From positions 66,423-130,422 of the forward strand of contig CAZLJP010000002.1 of the NCBI GenBank assembly GCA_964559915.1: a stretch of 64,000 nt of DNA, written 5' to 3'. This stretch comes from an uncultured Candidatus Saccharibacteria bacterium. GTDB lineage: Bacteria > Patescibacteriota > Saccharimonadia > Saccharimonadales > JALRHH01. The notes below the pieces were generated by a model that was not told the origin of the DNA, ran no database searches, and worked only from the letters and a program-made list of their open reading frames with translations. Positions 1-9,653 of the stretch are shown here, piece after piece. Each line of letters begins with the position of its first letter. Within the stretch, counting starts at the first letter, position 1. A program made the position numbers and the translations under genes.

Positions 1-139
1 GCAGCCGTAGCTATAAACGTTGGATTTTTGAGTGCTTTCATGGCTTTATTCTAACCCACCGACACAATCAGATGATAGCAGCACCAGCACGGCTACTCAT
101 TTAACAGCGTAAGTGTTACCATAAGCTCAGTAATCCATC

Positions 140-1681
140 ATGAAAATAAAACTATTGCTGAGCTGTTTGATAGTTGCGCTAGGCTGCACACTCGTAGCAC
201 CCGTAGCCGCTCGCGCTGACTCAAATAACGCGACCGTTGATACCGGTTGCGATGCAGATGACTCACCATCCTACACTGGAACGCTATCAGTACCAGACGG
301 AACGTATGATGCGTATGCTCGCTTATCTAAACGAGGTGAGCAAGCTACCGTTCGTGCGTATGCGCAAACCGCGAGTGGCGAATACGGTATCTGCCAGAAA
401 CTCGGTGAAGTTGCCGCGAGTGGCGACAGCTGGACGAAATTAGGAGAGCTTACTGCAGCTGGTGACAAAGAATACACACTGCAACTATCGTCAATTGCAC
501 TCGGGGGGTTGCCTGATGCCAACCGTCCAGCCATCCTGTTGGTACCTCATGATAATCCAATCTGCGTCCCTCGAATTGAGTGTGAACTCACAGTCAATGG
601 CCAAGCAGGCTTCGTGAGGCCCACGGGTACACTCTTAAACGAAGATTCGTTGCATGTGCTGCTGGTGACTAATCCCGATGCCAGCACCATTGCAGGCGTC
701 CGCTATTACGTTGACAACAAGTTGGCTTACGAAACATCGCAGCTGAAACCATTTGACTTGCGCTACGTATCGTATCCCAAACAGAAACTGGCACGTGCGG
801 TTATCTACACATCAGGACAACAAATTATCCTTCCGGGGGAAGTGCCCAGCAATTATCAAGACAGTTTTGGTAACCTCATGTTTCGGCTCGGCAAGCAGTA
901 CCCAAATATCATAACTATCGCCCTTGTACTGCTCGGTGTGATACTACTACTATCTAGTATCCTGGCAATTACGCATGCTGTCTGGCATCACCGTAACTGG
1001 CAATATAACCATGGCATTGCGCGCAAAACAGCTCATCAACTGACAAACGGCGAAAAGATACTACTACAAAAACGTGAGGGTATCATACGCATATCCAAAC
1101 TCACCCTGCTAGGTACGGGTATTACTACTGTGACTATTGCGAGCATTTTGCTGGCAAACACGTACCTAGCGCAGATATTTACCGTAGACGGCCGCAGTAT
1201 GCGAGACACGATGTTCACCGGCGAAAAGGTGCTGATTAATAAAATTCCTTCGTCTTTGGCCAGCCTCAATAACAGGGAATACATACCAAACCGCGGCGAT
1301 GTAGTGGTGGCACGTGCTGTATTTGGAGCCGTAGGACTTGATACTGACACCAGCAGTCAAATCTACATCATTAAGCGAGTAATCGGATTACCTGGTGAGC
1401 GAATAGTCGTAAAAGACGGCACTCTGACGGTATACAACAAAGAGCACCCTGATGGATTCCAACCTGACAAGGGTAGTCACTGGGAGCACACCATGGTCCC
1501 AAATGAAAGAACGGAGCAACTTGATGTACAGCTCAGCCAAAGCGAGCTGTTCTTGAGCGGCGACAATCGGCCAGAATCAATTGATAGTCGTTTTAATGGT
1601 CCTATTACTACCAATGAAATTGTGGGTCGGGCAAGTAAAATATGGCCACCATTCGGACACAGTCACCCCGCAGACGAATAA
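140..1681 (+). CDS. lepB: Signal peptidase I (S26) with ~330-aa N-terminal extension
   Basis: 513-aa ORF. The C-terminal third carries S26 motifs GRSMRDTM (Ser box), IIKRVIGLPGE (Lys box) and SGDNRPESIDSR. The N-terminus looks like a signal peptide (MKIKLLLSCLIVALGCTLVAPVAARA). It is followed by a Cys-containing domain and two hydrophobic segments. Confidence 0.8.
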   Translation: MKIKLLLSCLIVALGCTLVAPVAARADSNNATVDTGCDADDSPSYTGTLSVPDGTYDAYARLSKRGEQATVRAYAQTASGEYGICQKLGEVAASGDSWTKLGELTAAGDKEYTLQLSSIALGGLPDANRPAILLVPHDNPICVPRIECELTVNGQAGFVRPTGTLLNEDSLHVLLVTNPDASTIAGVRYYVDNKLAYETSQLKPFDLRYVSYPKQKLARAVIYTSGQQIILPGEVPSNYQDSFGNLMFRLGKQYPNIITIALVLLGVILLLSSILAITHAVWHHRNWQYNHGIARKTAHQLTNGEKILLQKREGIIRISKLTLLGTGITTVTIASILLANTYLAQIFTVDGRSMRDTMFTGEKVLINKIPSSLASLNNREYIPNRGDVVVARAVFGAVGLDTDTSSQIYIIKRVIGLPGERIVVKDGTLTVYNKEHPDGFQPDKGSHWEHTMVPNERTEQLDVQLSQSELFLSGDNRPESIDSRFNGPITTNEIVGRASKIWPPFGHSHPADE

Positions 1682-1749
1682 ACGTAAGATATTTCATAGT
1701 CCTAATCATGTAGAAAAAGAGATAATATCTGACAAGAAAGGGAGGTTTT

Positions 1750-1890
1750 ATGTCAGCCAATACGCACGTTGTCCCCGTATCGTATCGGTCCATTGTGTCG
1801 GATAACCAAAAGGTCACTTACGAGGAGATCAGAGAGATTGTCAGGCGTCGCCACGACATGAGTGCTCTAGGTGATAGCGATACGATGTAG
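1750..1890 (+). CDS. Hypothetical small protein (46 aa)
   Basis: ATG lies 4 nt after AAGGGAGG. Product MSANTHVVPVSYRSIVSDNQKVTYEEIREIVRRRHDMSALGDSDTM. It is below the ORF-track length cutoff and I recognise no family. Confidence 0.3.
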   Translation: MSANTHVVPVSYRSIVSDNQKVTYEEIREIVRRRHDMSALGDSDTM

Positions 1891-2019
1891 GTTGCATCAG
1901 CTTTAGCACAGGTAGCCTGGGTATGCTTGTGATGTTGCTCCGCGTCATGGCGGACCTGGTAGCCCTCTTGACGGGGCTAATCAACCAACCGACCAATAGC
2001 ATACGTCCCACCTGCAACA

Positions 2020-2054
2020 AACACACCAGCCACCCTCCGGTTGGTGTGTTTTCA
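2020..2054 (+). terminator. Intrinsic terminator-like hairpin
   Basis: AACACACCA (2020-2028) pairs with TGGTGTGTT (2042-2050) around a 13-nt loop and runs into a T-tract. It lies between lepB and the response-regulator gene. Confidence 0.6.
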
Positions 2055-2088
2055 GCTTTATTTCAGGTAGGCGGTACAATATAGGGGT

Positions 2089-2769
2089 ATGAGAATACTT
2101 ATTGTCGAAGACGAACACAAAATTGCCAATGCTATAAAGCGGGGCTTAATGCAGCAATCGTATGCCGTAGATGTAGCATATGATGGTGATGATGGCTTGG
2201 CTATGGCCAGCACAGAACCGTATGACCTGATTATCTTGGACAGGATGTTACCGGGGAGTATTGATGGTATCGGTATCGTCCGTAAGCTACGAGCCGAACG
2301 TGTTCAGACGCCAGTATTACTACTGACAGCTAAAGACCGTATTCTAGACAAGGCTGAGGGGCTTAATGCTGGAGCTGACGATTACTTAGTAAAACCATTC
2401 GCATTCGTAGAACTAATTGCTCGGGTACGGGCCCTGCTGCGTCGCTCACCAAGCACCGATGACACAGTACTGCAGTATCAGGACCTATCCCTCGACCCTC
2501 AGAATATGGTTGTCAAACGCGGCGACAAAGATATTAAAATTACCGCCAAAGAGTTCGCGCTGCTTGAATACTTACTACGTAATCCACAACAAATCCTGAG
2601 TAAAGACACCTTAATTCAGCATGTCTGGGATTATGATGCAGACATTTTACCAAACACTGTAGAGGTCTACATTGGTTATCTACGTAACAAGATTGACAAA
2701 CCATTCAAGCAACCAGAGCTTATCCATACCCGTCGCGGCTTTGGATATTATTTTGGGGTTATGAAGTGA
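2089..2769 (+). CDS. OmpR/PhoB-family response regulator
   Basis: 226 aa. Receiver motifs are MRILIVEDEH, DLIILDRMLPG, LLLTAKD and VKPF. The C-terminal winged-helix output contains ITAKEFALLEYLLRNP and RRGFGY. GTGA overlap with the downstream kinase gene. Confidence 0.93.
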   Translation: MRILIVEDEHKIANAIKRGLMQQSYAVDVAYDGDDGLAMASTEPYDLIILDRMLPGSIDGIGIVRKLRAERVQTPVLLLTAKDRILDKAEGLNAGADDYLVKPFAFVELIARVRALLRRSPSTDDTVLQYQDLSLDPQNMVVKRGDKDIKITAKEFALLEYLLRNPQQILSKDTLIQHVWDYDADILPNTVEVYIGYLRNKIDKPFKQPELIHTRRGFGYYFGVMK

Positions 2770-3779
2770 AGCTACACCCCGGGTCACTCAGACTAGCAGG
2801 ACTCTATCTAGGCGTACTGATGGTTATCAGCCTATTCTTCAGTGCGACCTTGTACCAGACCTCACTACGTGAGCTAGACCGTGGCCTACGCGGCCCAACC
2901 ACCGTCATTAATGGTCCGATTGGACCAGGCTTTTCTGAGAATATTCGTACCCAAATTATTAATGAGCGCGGTTTGCGGTACGAGGAGGCCCGCAGTAATA
3001 TTCTAAAAAACTTAGTAGCAGTTAACTTTGTCATCCTAATTGGTGGTGGGGCACTGTGCTATTACCTGGCACTGCGTACACTCAAACCAATTGAGGAAAG
3101 CCACGAAGCTCAGAGCCGGTTTACCGCAGATGCCAGCCACGAACTGCGCACCCCAATTACTGCAATACGCACCGAAAACGAGGTAGCTCTGATGGACCCC
3201 AAATTATCACTCAAAGATGCTAAGGTACAGCTCCAAAGTAATATCGATGAATTAGAAAAATTAACTACATTGTCAGAAGGGTTACTACGGTTAGCGCAGA
3301 TAGATAATAATCATCTAGAAAAAGAACCAATTAGCGCAAAACAGATTGCAGAATCAGCCGTTGAACGCATGGCTCCTATGGCAAAACACAAATCAATCAC
3401 CATCAAAACCAAGATTGATACGGATAGTTTAGTGATAGGCGACACCAGTAGCTTAACGGAAGCATTAGTTACCATTCTGGACAATGCTATTAAATACTCA
3501 CCTAAATCCTCCGAAATACAGCTTGCCTTATTACAATCACAACGGCATGTTGAATTCCGTGTCACAGATAGTGGTGTCGGCATTAAGGCCAGTGAACTAC
3601 CTCATATCTTTGACCGATTCTATCGAGCTGATTCTTCGCGCACCAAACAACAAGTTAGCGGCTACGGCCTCGGCCTGGCAATCGCCAAGAATATTATAAC
3701 TGCGCATGATGGCAAGATAACGGCTATCAGTACGCCCGGCAGCGGTAGTACGTTCATCATCAGCCTGCTCTCAGCTTAA
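2766..3779 (+). CDS. Sensor histidine kinase
   Basis: 337 aa. Two N-terminal hydrophobic segments. H-box FTADASHELRTPITAI. ATPase boxes DNAIKYSP, DSGVGI and GYGLGLAIAK. Confidence 0.9.
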   Translation: MKLHPGSLRLAGLYLGVLMVISLFFSATLYQTSLRELDRGLRGPTTVINGPIGPGFSENIRTQIINERGLRYEEARSNILKNLVAVNFVILIGGGALCYYLALRTLKPIEESHEAQSRFTADASHELRTPITAIRTENEVALMDPKLSLKDAKVQLQSNIDELEKLTTLSEGLLRLAQIDNNHLEKEPISAKQIAESAVERMAPMAKHKSITIKTKIDTDSLVIGDTSSLTEALVTILDNAIKYSPKSSEIQLALLQSQRHVEFRVTDSGVGIKASELPHIFDRFYRADSSRTKQQVSGYGLGLAIAKNIITAHDGKITAISTPGSGSTFIISLLSA

Positions 3780-3821
3780 CTGATTAGGATAGTAGTATCG
3801 TCCACTAATATAAGGAACACT

Positions 3822-5243
3822 ATGAACACATTAACGCGCGGCTTCCGGAATGCATTTCGCAATAGTATCCGGAGCTTTTCTATTATTGTTATTTTGGGTC
3901 TAAGTATTGGCCTGGCATTGGCTATGTTAGTAGCCCGCAGTGCCGTACAAGATAAAATAACGAGTGTTAAATCATCAATTGGCAACACCATAACTATTAG
4001 CCCGGCCGGAGCACGCGGCTTCCAGGGTGGAGGTGAAGCACTCACTAATGATGAACTCAGTAAAGTCCGCTCAGTGGCACATGTTACTGGCACGCTAGAA
4101 ACACTCAGTGACCGCCTAACGTCAGAGAATACTAATCTACAGTCAGCCGTAGAGGCAGGCACACTCGGCCAACGTAATGGCGCGAACTCGGGTGTTGGGT
4201 TCCAGACAGCACCCCGCATGGAATCACGCAGTTTTAGCTCATCTGATGGCAGTACCCAAGTCACACGCACATTTACGCCCCCGGTTATCGTGACAGGTAC
4301 GAACAATGTCACTACGGAAAGTGTCTATGGTGGTAGTAGTGTCACGATTACAAGCGGCAAAACAATTGACCCAACTGCCGACAAGGACGAAGCGGTAATC
4401 GGCAAGGCGTTGGCAGAGAAGAATAGTCTGCAAGCTGGCTCCACTTTTACCGCCTGGGGCAAAACAATCACCGCAACGGGTATCTATGATGCAGGTAACT
4501 CATTTGCGAATGCCGGTCTTGTAATGTCACTAGCCAGCGTACAACGTTTATCAGGCCAAACCAGTGCTATAACAAGTGCGGTTGTAACGGTAGATTCCAT
4601 TGATAACCTTGAGTCAGCAACCAACGCGGTCACATCTGCACTCGGCGATAAAGCAGATGTTGTCAGCAACCAAGATAGTGCCAAAGAAGCCGTGGCGCCG
4701 CTTGAAAGCGTCAAAACTATTTCTACTTTTAGCTTGCTTGGCGCAGTGGCAGCTGGTGCGGTTATTATCTTGCTAACCATGGTCATGATTGTAAGGGAGC
4801 GTCGTCGTGAAATTGGCGTCTTCAAGGCAATTGGCGCTAGTAATGTCAAAATCGTGACACAGTTCATGTCGGAAGCTGTCACACTCACCTTGATTGCTAT
4901 GATTGCAGGTATTATCATCGGCAGTGTTGCAGCAAACCCGATTACCAAAGTCCTCATCAACAATAGCACTCAGTCATCTCAAACTAGCCAATCTCCTGAA
5001 GGACCGCAGACAGCTTCCAGTAATGGCCGACAAGCTGGACCAATACTGCGCGTTGGGAATCCAGGCCTCAGAAGCTTTGGCAATAATACCTTATCCAATG
5101 CCCGTAATATTCAGGCATCAGTCGGCTGGAGTATTCTGGGCTACGGTTTTGCCGCCGCCCTAGCAATTGCCATACTTGGCAGTGCCATACCGGCATTCTT
5201 GATTAGCAAAATCCGCCCAGCGGAAGTAATGAGAGCAGAATAG
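3822..5243 (+). CDS. ABC transporter permease, MacB/FtsX-like
   Basis: 473 aa. N-terminal TM, large extracytoplasmic domain and a C-terminal FtsX-type TM bundle (RRREIGVFKAIGAS...). The partner ATPase gene starts 10 nt downstream. Confidence 0.85.
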   Translation: MNTLTRGFRNAFRNSIRSFSIIVILGLSIGLALAMLVARSAVQDKITSVKSSIGNTITISPAGARGFQGGGEALTNDELSKVRSVAHVTGTLETLSDRLTSENTNLQSAVEAGTLGQRNGANSGVGFQTAPRMESRSFSSSDGSTQVTRTFTPPVIVTGTNNVTTESVYGGSSVTITSGKTIDPTADKDEAVIGKALAEKNSLQAGSTFTAWGKTITATGIYDAGNSFANAGLVMSLASVQRLSGQTSAITSAVVTVDSIDNLESATNAVTSALGDKADVVSNQDSAKEAVAPLESVKTISTFSLLGAVAAGAVIILLTMVMIVRERRREIGVFKAIGASNVKIVTQFMSEAVTLTLIAMIAGIIIGSVAANPITKVLINNSTQSSQTSQSPEGPQTASSNGRQAGPILRVGNPGLRSFGNNTLSNARNIQASVGWSILGYGFAAALAIAILGSAIPAFLISKIRPAEVMRAE

Positions 5244-5252
5244 GAGTCAATC

Positions 5253-5936
5253 ATGTTAACCGTATCAAATCTTTCTAAGACATTTAATAGCGCCGGTGGA
5301 CAAGTAAGCGCAGTCAAAGATATTAGTTTTAGTGTTCCTCAGGGTGAGTTTGCCTCAATCATAGGTAAAAGTGGTGCAGGCAAGAGTACATTACTGTCAC
5401 TTCTCGGGGCGCTTGATAAGCCGACGGCCGGGAGTATTGAGGTGGCCGGCAAAGATATTACCAAGTTACATGACCGGGAACTTATCAAATATCGAGGTAA
5501 AGAAATTGGCTTTGTCTTTCAGAACTATAATTTGGTACCAAACCTAACAGCACTTGAAAATGTCATGTTGCCTATGGAATTTGCTGGGCTCAAAAAAGTA
5601 AAACGCAAAGAAAGAGCCCAGGAATTATTAGAACAAGTTGGTTTGGATGATGCCAAGCAGGGGCGCAAACCAGGACGTTTATCTGGAGGCGAGCAACAGC
5701 GCGTAGCAATAGCCCGGGCACTGGCTAACAAACCGCATCTTATCTTGGCAGACGAACCCACGGGCAATCTTGATACTCAGACGGGTAAGATGATTTTTGA
5801 GCTGCTACACAGCCTGGCAAAATCGCAGGAAACTACTATTATTGCTGTAACCCACGATTTAACTATCGCGGGCAAGACAGACATGAGTTTTACGCTGAGT
5901 GATGGTACCATCAAACAGACCAAAGGCAATAAATAG
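5253..5936 (+). CDS. ABC transporter ATP-binding protein (MacB/LolD-like)
   Basis: Walker [10 protein letters not shown], signature [15 protein letters not shown], Walker [13 protein letters not shown]. Confidence 0.95.
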   Translation: MLTVSNLSKTFNSAGGQVSAVKDISFSVPQGEFASIIGKSGAGKSTLLSLLGALDKPTAGSIEVAGKDITKLHDRELIKYRGKEIGFVFQNYNLVPNLTALENVMLPMEFAGLKKVKRKERAQELLEQVGLDDAKQGRKPGRLSGGEQQRVAIARALANKPHLILADEPTGNLDTQTGKMIFELLHSLAKSQETTIIAVTHDLTIAGKTDMSFTLSDGTIKQTKGNK

Positions 5937-5941
5937 ATAAT

Positions 5942-6400
5942 CTATATATGGTGATAGGGGTGGCCCTGGATAACCATATAGGTCCTATACAACTGCTCAA
6001 GTAGCATTACGCGCACTAACTCATGAGGGAATACCAATGGCGACAAAGACCAAACCAATTGAGCTCGACTACGTAGCTCATCACTCACGCCATATGCACC
6101 ACCAATAATAAAGACAATCTGGCCATGCTGCCCAGATAATGTCTGATACGCATCCGTAAATGCGGTATTCGTCAGTAGCTTACCCCGTTCGTCCAACAAT
6201 ATCACCGTATCCGTTGATTTTAACCCCACGAGTAGACGTGTACTTTCGTCTGCGCGTGCCGCATCATCAGCCAATCGAGATGGTGCAACAAGCTGCCAAT
6301 CCACACCTGCATGCGGCGATAACCGCTTCTGATAGTTGTCTGCAATAGTTTGCAGCTCACGGCCCAATCGCTTACCAACAGCAATAATACGTATGTTCAT
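5942..6400 (-). CDS. rlmH: 23S rRNA (pseudouridine1915-N3)-methyltransferase RlmH
   Basis: 152 aa with a SPOUT RlmH pattern: MNIRIIAVGK, IVFIIGGAYG and C-terminal HELVRVMLLEQLYRTYMVIQGHPYHH. Confidence 0.88.
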   Translation of the reverse strand: MNIRIIAVGKRLGRELQTIADNYQKRLSPHAGVDWQLVAPSRLADDAARADESTRLLVGLKSTDTVILLDERGKLLTNTAFTDAYQTLSGQHGQIVFIIGGAYGVSDELRSRAQLVWSLSPLVFPHELVRVMLLEQLYRTYMVIQGHPYHHI

Positions 6401-6517
6401 CTGCCAGTATTGTAACAGCCCGTCAGGACGCTAGCCGAAAGCGTGTTACATTTCTTACTGTTGCTGGACATCAGGTTAGGTACACTGATACTACCTAAAT
6501 CAGAAGGAGACTGTATT

Positions 6518-6787
6518 ATGCTAGATATTGTTGCATGGGTTATATTTGGCGCGTTGGTAGGATGGATTGCATCCATGATTGTTGGCACAAATGAACAGCA
6601 GGGTGCGATTGGTAATATTGTAGTCGGTATCATTGGGGCGTTTATTGGCGGGTTTATTATGCGCTCAGTTGGCGAAGAGGTAAGCGGTATTAATCTTGCG
6701 AGCCTCATTGTGGCGGTAATTGGTGCCGTAATCTTACTACTCGTTATTCGTATACTTGGTCACGGTGGTAACAGCACCGAGCATTAA
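6518..6787 (+). CDS. GlsB/YeaQ/YmgE-family small membrane protein
   Basis: ATG preceded by GAAGGAGA. 89 aa with Gly-rich TM repeats GALVGWIASMIVG and GNIVVGIIGAFIGGFI. The track start at 6443 is an unsupported upstream extension. Confidence 0.8.
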   Translation: MLDIVAWVIFGALVGWIASMIVGTNEQQGAIGNIVVGIIGAFIGGFIMRSVGEEVSGINLASLIVAVIGAVILLLVIRILGHGGNSTEH

Positions 6788-6808
6788 TCAATTGAGAGGG
6801 GGTAATTT

Positions 6809-6982
6809 GTGGGCGAATATGGTCCCAAAGCAACCAGGAAAATTGAACAAGTCATGCATGAATTTGAAGCTGGTACGCTAAAAAGCAGCACTGGGCAAAA
6901 GGTAACAGACCGTAGCCAAGCAGTTGCCATTAGCATAGCAGAGGCCCGCAAGGCGGGCTACAAAGTTCCGAAAGAGTCTTAG
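6809..6982 (+). CDS. Small basic protein, DUF6496-like
   Basis: GTG start after GAGAGGGGG. 57 aa: VGEYGPKATRKIEQVMHEFEAGTLKSSTGQKVTDRSQAVAISIAEARKAGYKVPKES. The pattern (HEF..G.LKS..G.KV..R.QA.AI..SEARK.G.KVP) matches my recollection of that family. Below the ORF-track cutoff. Confidence 0.6.
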   Translation: MGEYGPKATRKIEQVMHEFEAGTLKSSTGQKVTDRSQAVAISIAEARKAGYKVPKES

Positions 6983-7002
6983 CCCCAGTCATGTTCCTGG
7001 GC

Positions 7003-7034
7003 AAATGACCCGCCGAATTGGTGCGGGTCATTTT
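7003..7034. terminator. Bidirectional terminator hairpin between convergent genes
   Basis: AAATGACCCGC (7003-7013) pairs with GCGGGTCATTT (7023-7033). There is an A-tract on one side and a T-tract on the other. Confidence 0.7.
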
Positions 7035-7039
7035 ATATA

Positions 7040-8266
7040 CTAACGCTGGCGCAAAGCTTCGATAGGGTCTTTGTGAGCTGCCTTAAGCGCAGGTGCAACG
7101 CCAAAGATAATACCCACTAGTACTGATACACCTACCGCCAGAACCACCACAGGTAGTGTCAAAACAGGTTCTATATCAGTTGCTATACTAAGTATGCCAT
7201 TAATAAGAAGTGACAATGCCACACCGACTACGCCACCCATAGAACTAATTACCGCCGCTTCAATCACAAACTGGCCCAATATCTGATTGTTTGTTGCACC
7301 GACGGCTTTTCTGATGCCAATTTCATGAGTTCGTTCGGTTACAGATACTAACATTACATTCATAATGCCAATACCACCGACCAGCAACGATATGGCCGCA
7401 ATACCACTGATTAAACGAGTTAATAGTGAGAGCACTGAGTCTGCTATAGCCAAGCTATCCTCTTGTTGCAGTACGCTCACGTCGTCCTGACCAGCATGTG
7501 CAGTTCGCAACTTTGATTCTAGTTCTTTGGCTACGGTAGCAGTTTGCTGCTGGTCCAGCGGCTTGACCAATATCTGTTGGATATTAGGGCTACCCCCTGC
7601 GAGGCGCTTAGCAATACCACTCGGTATAAAAATAGCGTTGTCATAATCTGTCAGGGGGTTCAGTGGTGAGGCTTCAAAATCTTCGAACACACCAACAATC
7701 ACAAAACTCTGGCCACGTATTTGCAGACTACGGCCAATCGGTACTTGCTCTTCGAGTAAATTCTCGGCCACACCACGGCCAACTACGGCCACCGCTTTAT
7801 TGGTATCATCACCAAAGAATGCACCGTATTCAACTTTTTGATTCAGCATCTGCGGCAAAGCACTGGAGGTTGCCACCAACAAAGTACCTGGTAATGACTT
7901 GTTATCTACCTCTGGCACAGCCGATACAAAGCCTAGTGGCACTGCCTGGCCAACACCCGGCGTTGTAGCGACCGTATTCAAATCCGTCTCGCTCAGAGTA
8001 CCTCCGGCAAAAGCGCTCAATAGGTTAACGCTGGATACCTGGCCCTGGCTATCACGGGTAACGGCCTTACCTGGACGGACAGTTATCAAGTCGGAACCAA
8101 AGTGATCAATCTGGTCTGTAATCTGGTGCTTGACGCCTTCGCCGATACTGACAATTGTCACCACGCTGACCACGCCAATAATAACGCCAGACATGGTTAG
8201 TAAGCTGCGCCAACGTGCGGTGCGAATAGAATCGAGTGCGATTTTGACATTACCGGTTGCAATCAT
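7040..8266 (-). CDS. ABC transporter permease, MacB/FtsX-like
   Basis: 408 aa. N-terminal TM, periplasmic MacB-type domain and a C-terminal FtsX bundle (ERTHEIGIRKAVGAT...). 4-nt overlap with the upstream ATPase gene. Confidence 0.9.
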   Translation of the reverse strand: MIATGNVKIALDSIRTARWRSLLTMSGVIIGVVSVVTIVSIGEGVKHQITDQIDHFGSDLITVRPGKAVTRDSQGQVSSVNLLSAFAGGTLSETDLNTVATTPGVGQAVPLGFVSAVPEVDNKSLPGTLLVATSSALPQMLNQKVEYGAFFGDDTNKAVAVVGRGVAENLLEEQVPIGRSLQIRGQSFVIVGVFEDFEASPLNPLTDYDNAIFIPSGIAKRLAGGSPNIQQILVKPLDQQQTATVAKELESKLRTAHAGQDDVSVLQQEDSLAIADSVLSLLTRLISGIAAISLLVGGIGIMNVMLVSVTERTHEIGIRKAVGATNNQILGQFVIEAAVISSMGGVVGVALSLLINGILSIATDIEPVLTLPVVVLAVGVSVLVGIIFGVAPALKAAHKDPIEALRQR

Positions 8267-9144
8267 TTGCTCGTGGGCCCTTTCTTCTTGCGCGAAGAAT
8301 AGCGTCGCTTTGGCTTCTTAGTTGCAGGTTTGGGTTCCTTGGCCGCTTCTTCTTTTTCGGGCATTGTCTTCATCAACTCTGAAACGCCCTGCAGGTCATC
8401 GTCTACGGTCTTTTTGGGCATAAAGTACATACTACGGCGCAATGTTTCGGGGATTTCACCTAAGCTGGTGTGCTCATCGGCTACAATACGACCATCGTGC
8501 ATAAACACCACACGTGAAGCGTAGCGAGTCAGAGAAGGGTTGTGAGTAACCATCAGTATGGTATTGCCGGCCTTATGAAGGTCAGCCAATAATTCCATGA
8601 CCAGCCGACTACTTGTGCTATCCAAATTACCGGTTGGCTCATCAGCAATGATAATCTGTGGCTCATTTATCAGCGCACGGGCAATTGCAGCGCGCTGGGC
8701 CTGGCCACCACTGATTTGGCGAGGATAAAAGTATTCGCGATCATTCAAGCCCAAACGCTCTAAAATCGCAGAGGCCTTTTTCAAACGCTTGGTCTGTAGC
8801 ACCCCCTTGTAAGCAAGTGGTAGGGCTACATTTTCGAGTACTGTCAGACGAGGCAGCAGATTAAATGATTGAAAGATAAAGCCAACATTATCGCGGCGCA
8901 CACGAGCCCGTTGATGCTGACGTAAGCGTGCCACATGTTTGTCGTCTAGTACATATTTGCCGTGAGTAGGCCGGTCCAGCAAACCAATAACGTTCATGAG
9001 CGTAGATTTACCAGAACCACTGGGGCCCATTACTGCCACAAACTCACCACGCTCCACGCTCAAATTAACTTCGTCGAGAGCCACCGTTGTGGCATCGCCG
9101 AAGCCGTACAGCTTGTGAACGTCTTCTAACAAGATTATGGGCAT
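8263..9144 (-). CDS. ABC transporter ATP-binding protein with Lys-rich C-terminal tail
   Basis: Walker A GPSGSGKST, signature ISGGQAQRAAIARAL, Walker [13 protein letters not shown]. The last ~60 aa are basic and low-complexity (KEPKPATKKPKRRYSSRKKKGPTSK). Confidence 0.93.
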   Translation of the reverse strand: MPIILLEDVHKLYGFGDATTVALDEVNLSVERGEFVAVMGPSGSGKSTLMNVIGLLDRPTHGKYVLDDKHVARLRQHQRARVRRDNVGFIFQSFNLLPRLTVLENVALPLAYKGVLQTKRLKKASAILERLGLNDREYFYPRQISGGQAQRAAIARALINEPQIIIADEPTGNLDSTSSRLVMELLADLHKAGNTILMVTHNPSLTRYASRVVFMHDGRIVADEHTSLGEIPETLRRSMYFMPKKTVDDDLQGVSELMKTMPEKEEAAKEPKPATKKPKRRYSSRKKKGPTSK

Positions 9145-9230
9145 GCTGTCCTATAGTGTACCCCGTAAATAAGACCGGGTTCAAGGTGTAAAATTACGTT
9201 TTTTTGGCTATACTAGACAAGTTGCATTAA

Positions 9231-9320
9231 GGAGAGGTGTCCGAGTGGCTGAAGGAGCACGCTTGGAAAGCGTGTGTGCAGGCGACTGTACCGCGGGTTC
9301 GAATCCCGCTCTCTCCGCCA
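9231..9320 (+). tRNA. tRNA-Ser (anticodon GGA), CCA encoded
   Basis: Acceptor GGAGAGG/TCTCTCC. Anticodon arm CACGC-TTGGAAA-GCGTG. Long variable arm. T arm GCGGG-TTCGAAT-CCCGC. Ends GCCA. Confidence 0.92.
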
Positions 9321-9387
9321 AATTGATTTATTAACTTGACTTCAATACTAATTTGCTTAAACCTATTAATGTAAGGAGACATTATTT

Positions 9388-9601
9388 TATGAAAGTTCAA
9401 AAACAGGATGATGATACATATATTCTAACAATGGATGGTAGCGATGCAGGCATGATTATGTTGCTAATCAATGAAGCAGTGAACGGCTCAGAAGCATTTT
9501 CAGATGGGGTTTGGGATATGGTTGCCGATAATCCTCAGCCTCGCTTGCTCCAAATTGCTGAAAGTATATTTGAAGCACTACCTGAACCAGAAGAAGGTTA
9601 G
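9388..9601 (+). CDS. Hypothetical acidic small protein (70 aa)
   Basis: ATG preceded by TAAGGAGAC with 7-nt spacing. MKVQKQDDDTYILTMDGSDAGMIMLLINEAVNGSEAFSDGVWDMVADNPQPRLLQIAESIFEALPEPEEG. First gene after tRNA-Ser. Confidence 0.55.
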
Positions 9602-9653
9602 TATTATTGGTGTCGAGTCCCTCTCCCTCCGCCATGAACAGATTGAGGTACTT

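Noticed and set aside
1-41. Possible start of a minus-strand gene (ATG at 41-39 reading MKALKNPTFIATAA off the window edge).
   Set aside because: Only 13 codons are visible and there is no convincing ribosome-binding site, so it cannot be supported from this window.
3776-4312. 178-aa ORF antisense to the ABC permease gene.
   Set aside because: It lies fully inside a well-supported FtsX/MacB permease gene on the other strand. Its product is low-complexity with no motifs.
9504-9653. Upstream extension of the ImmA-like ORF that overlaps the preceding small gene by ~100 nt.
   Set aside because: The extension is hydrophobic filler with no RBS. ATG 9654 has GAGGT upstream and removes the overlap.
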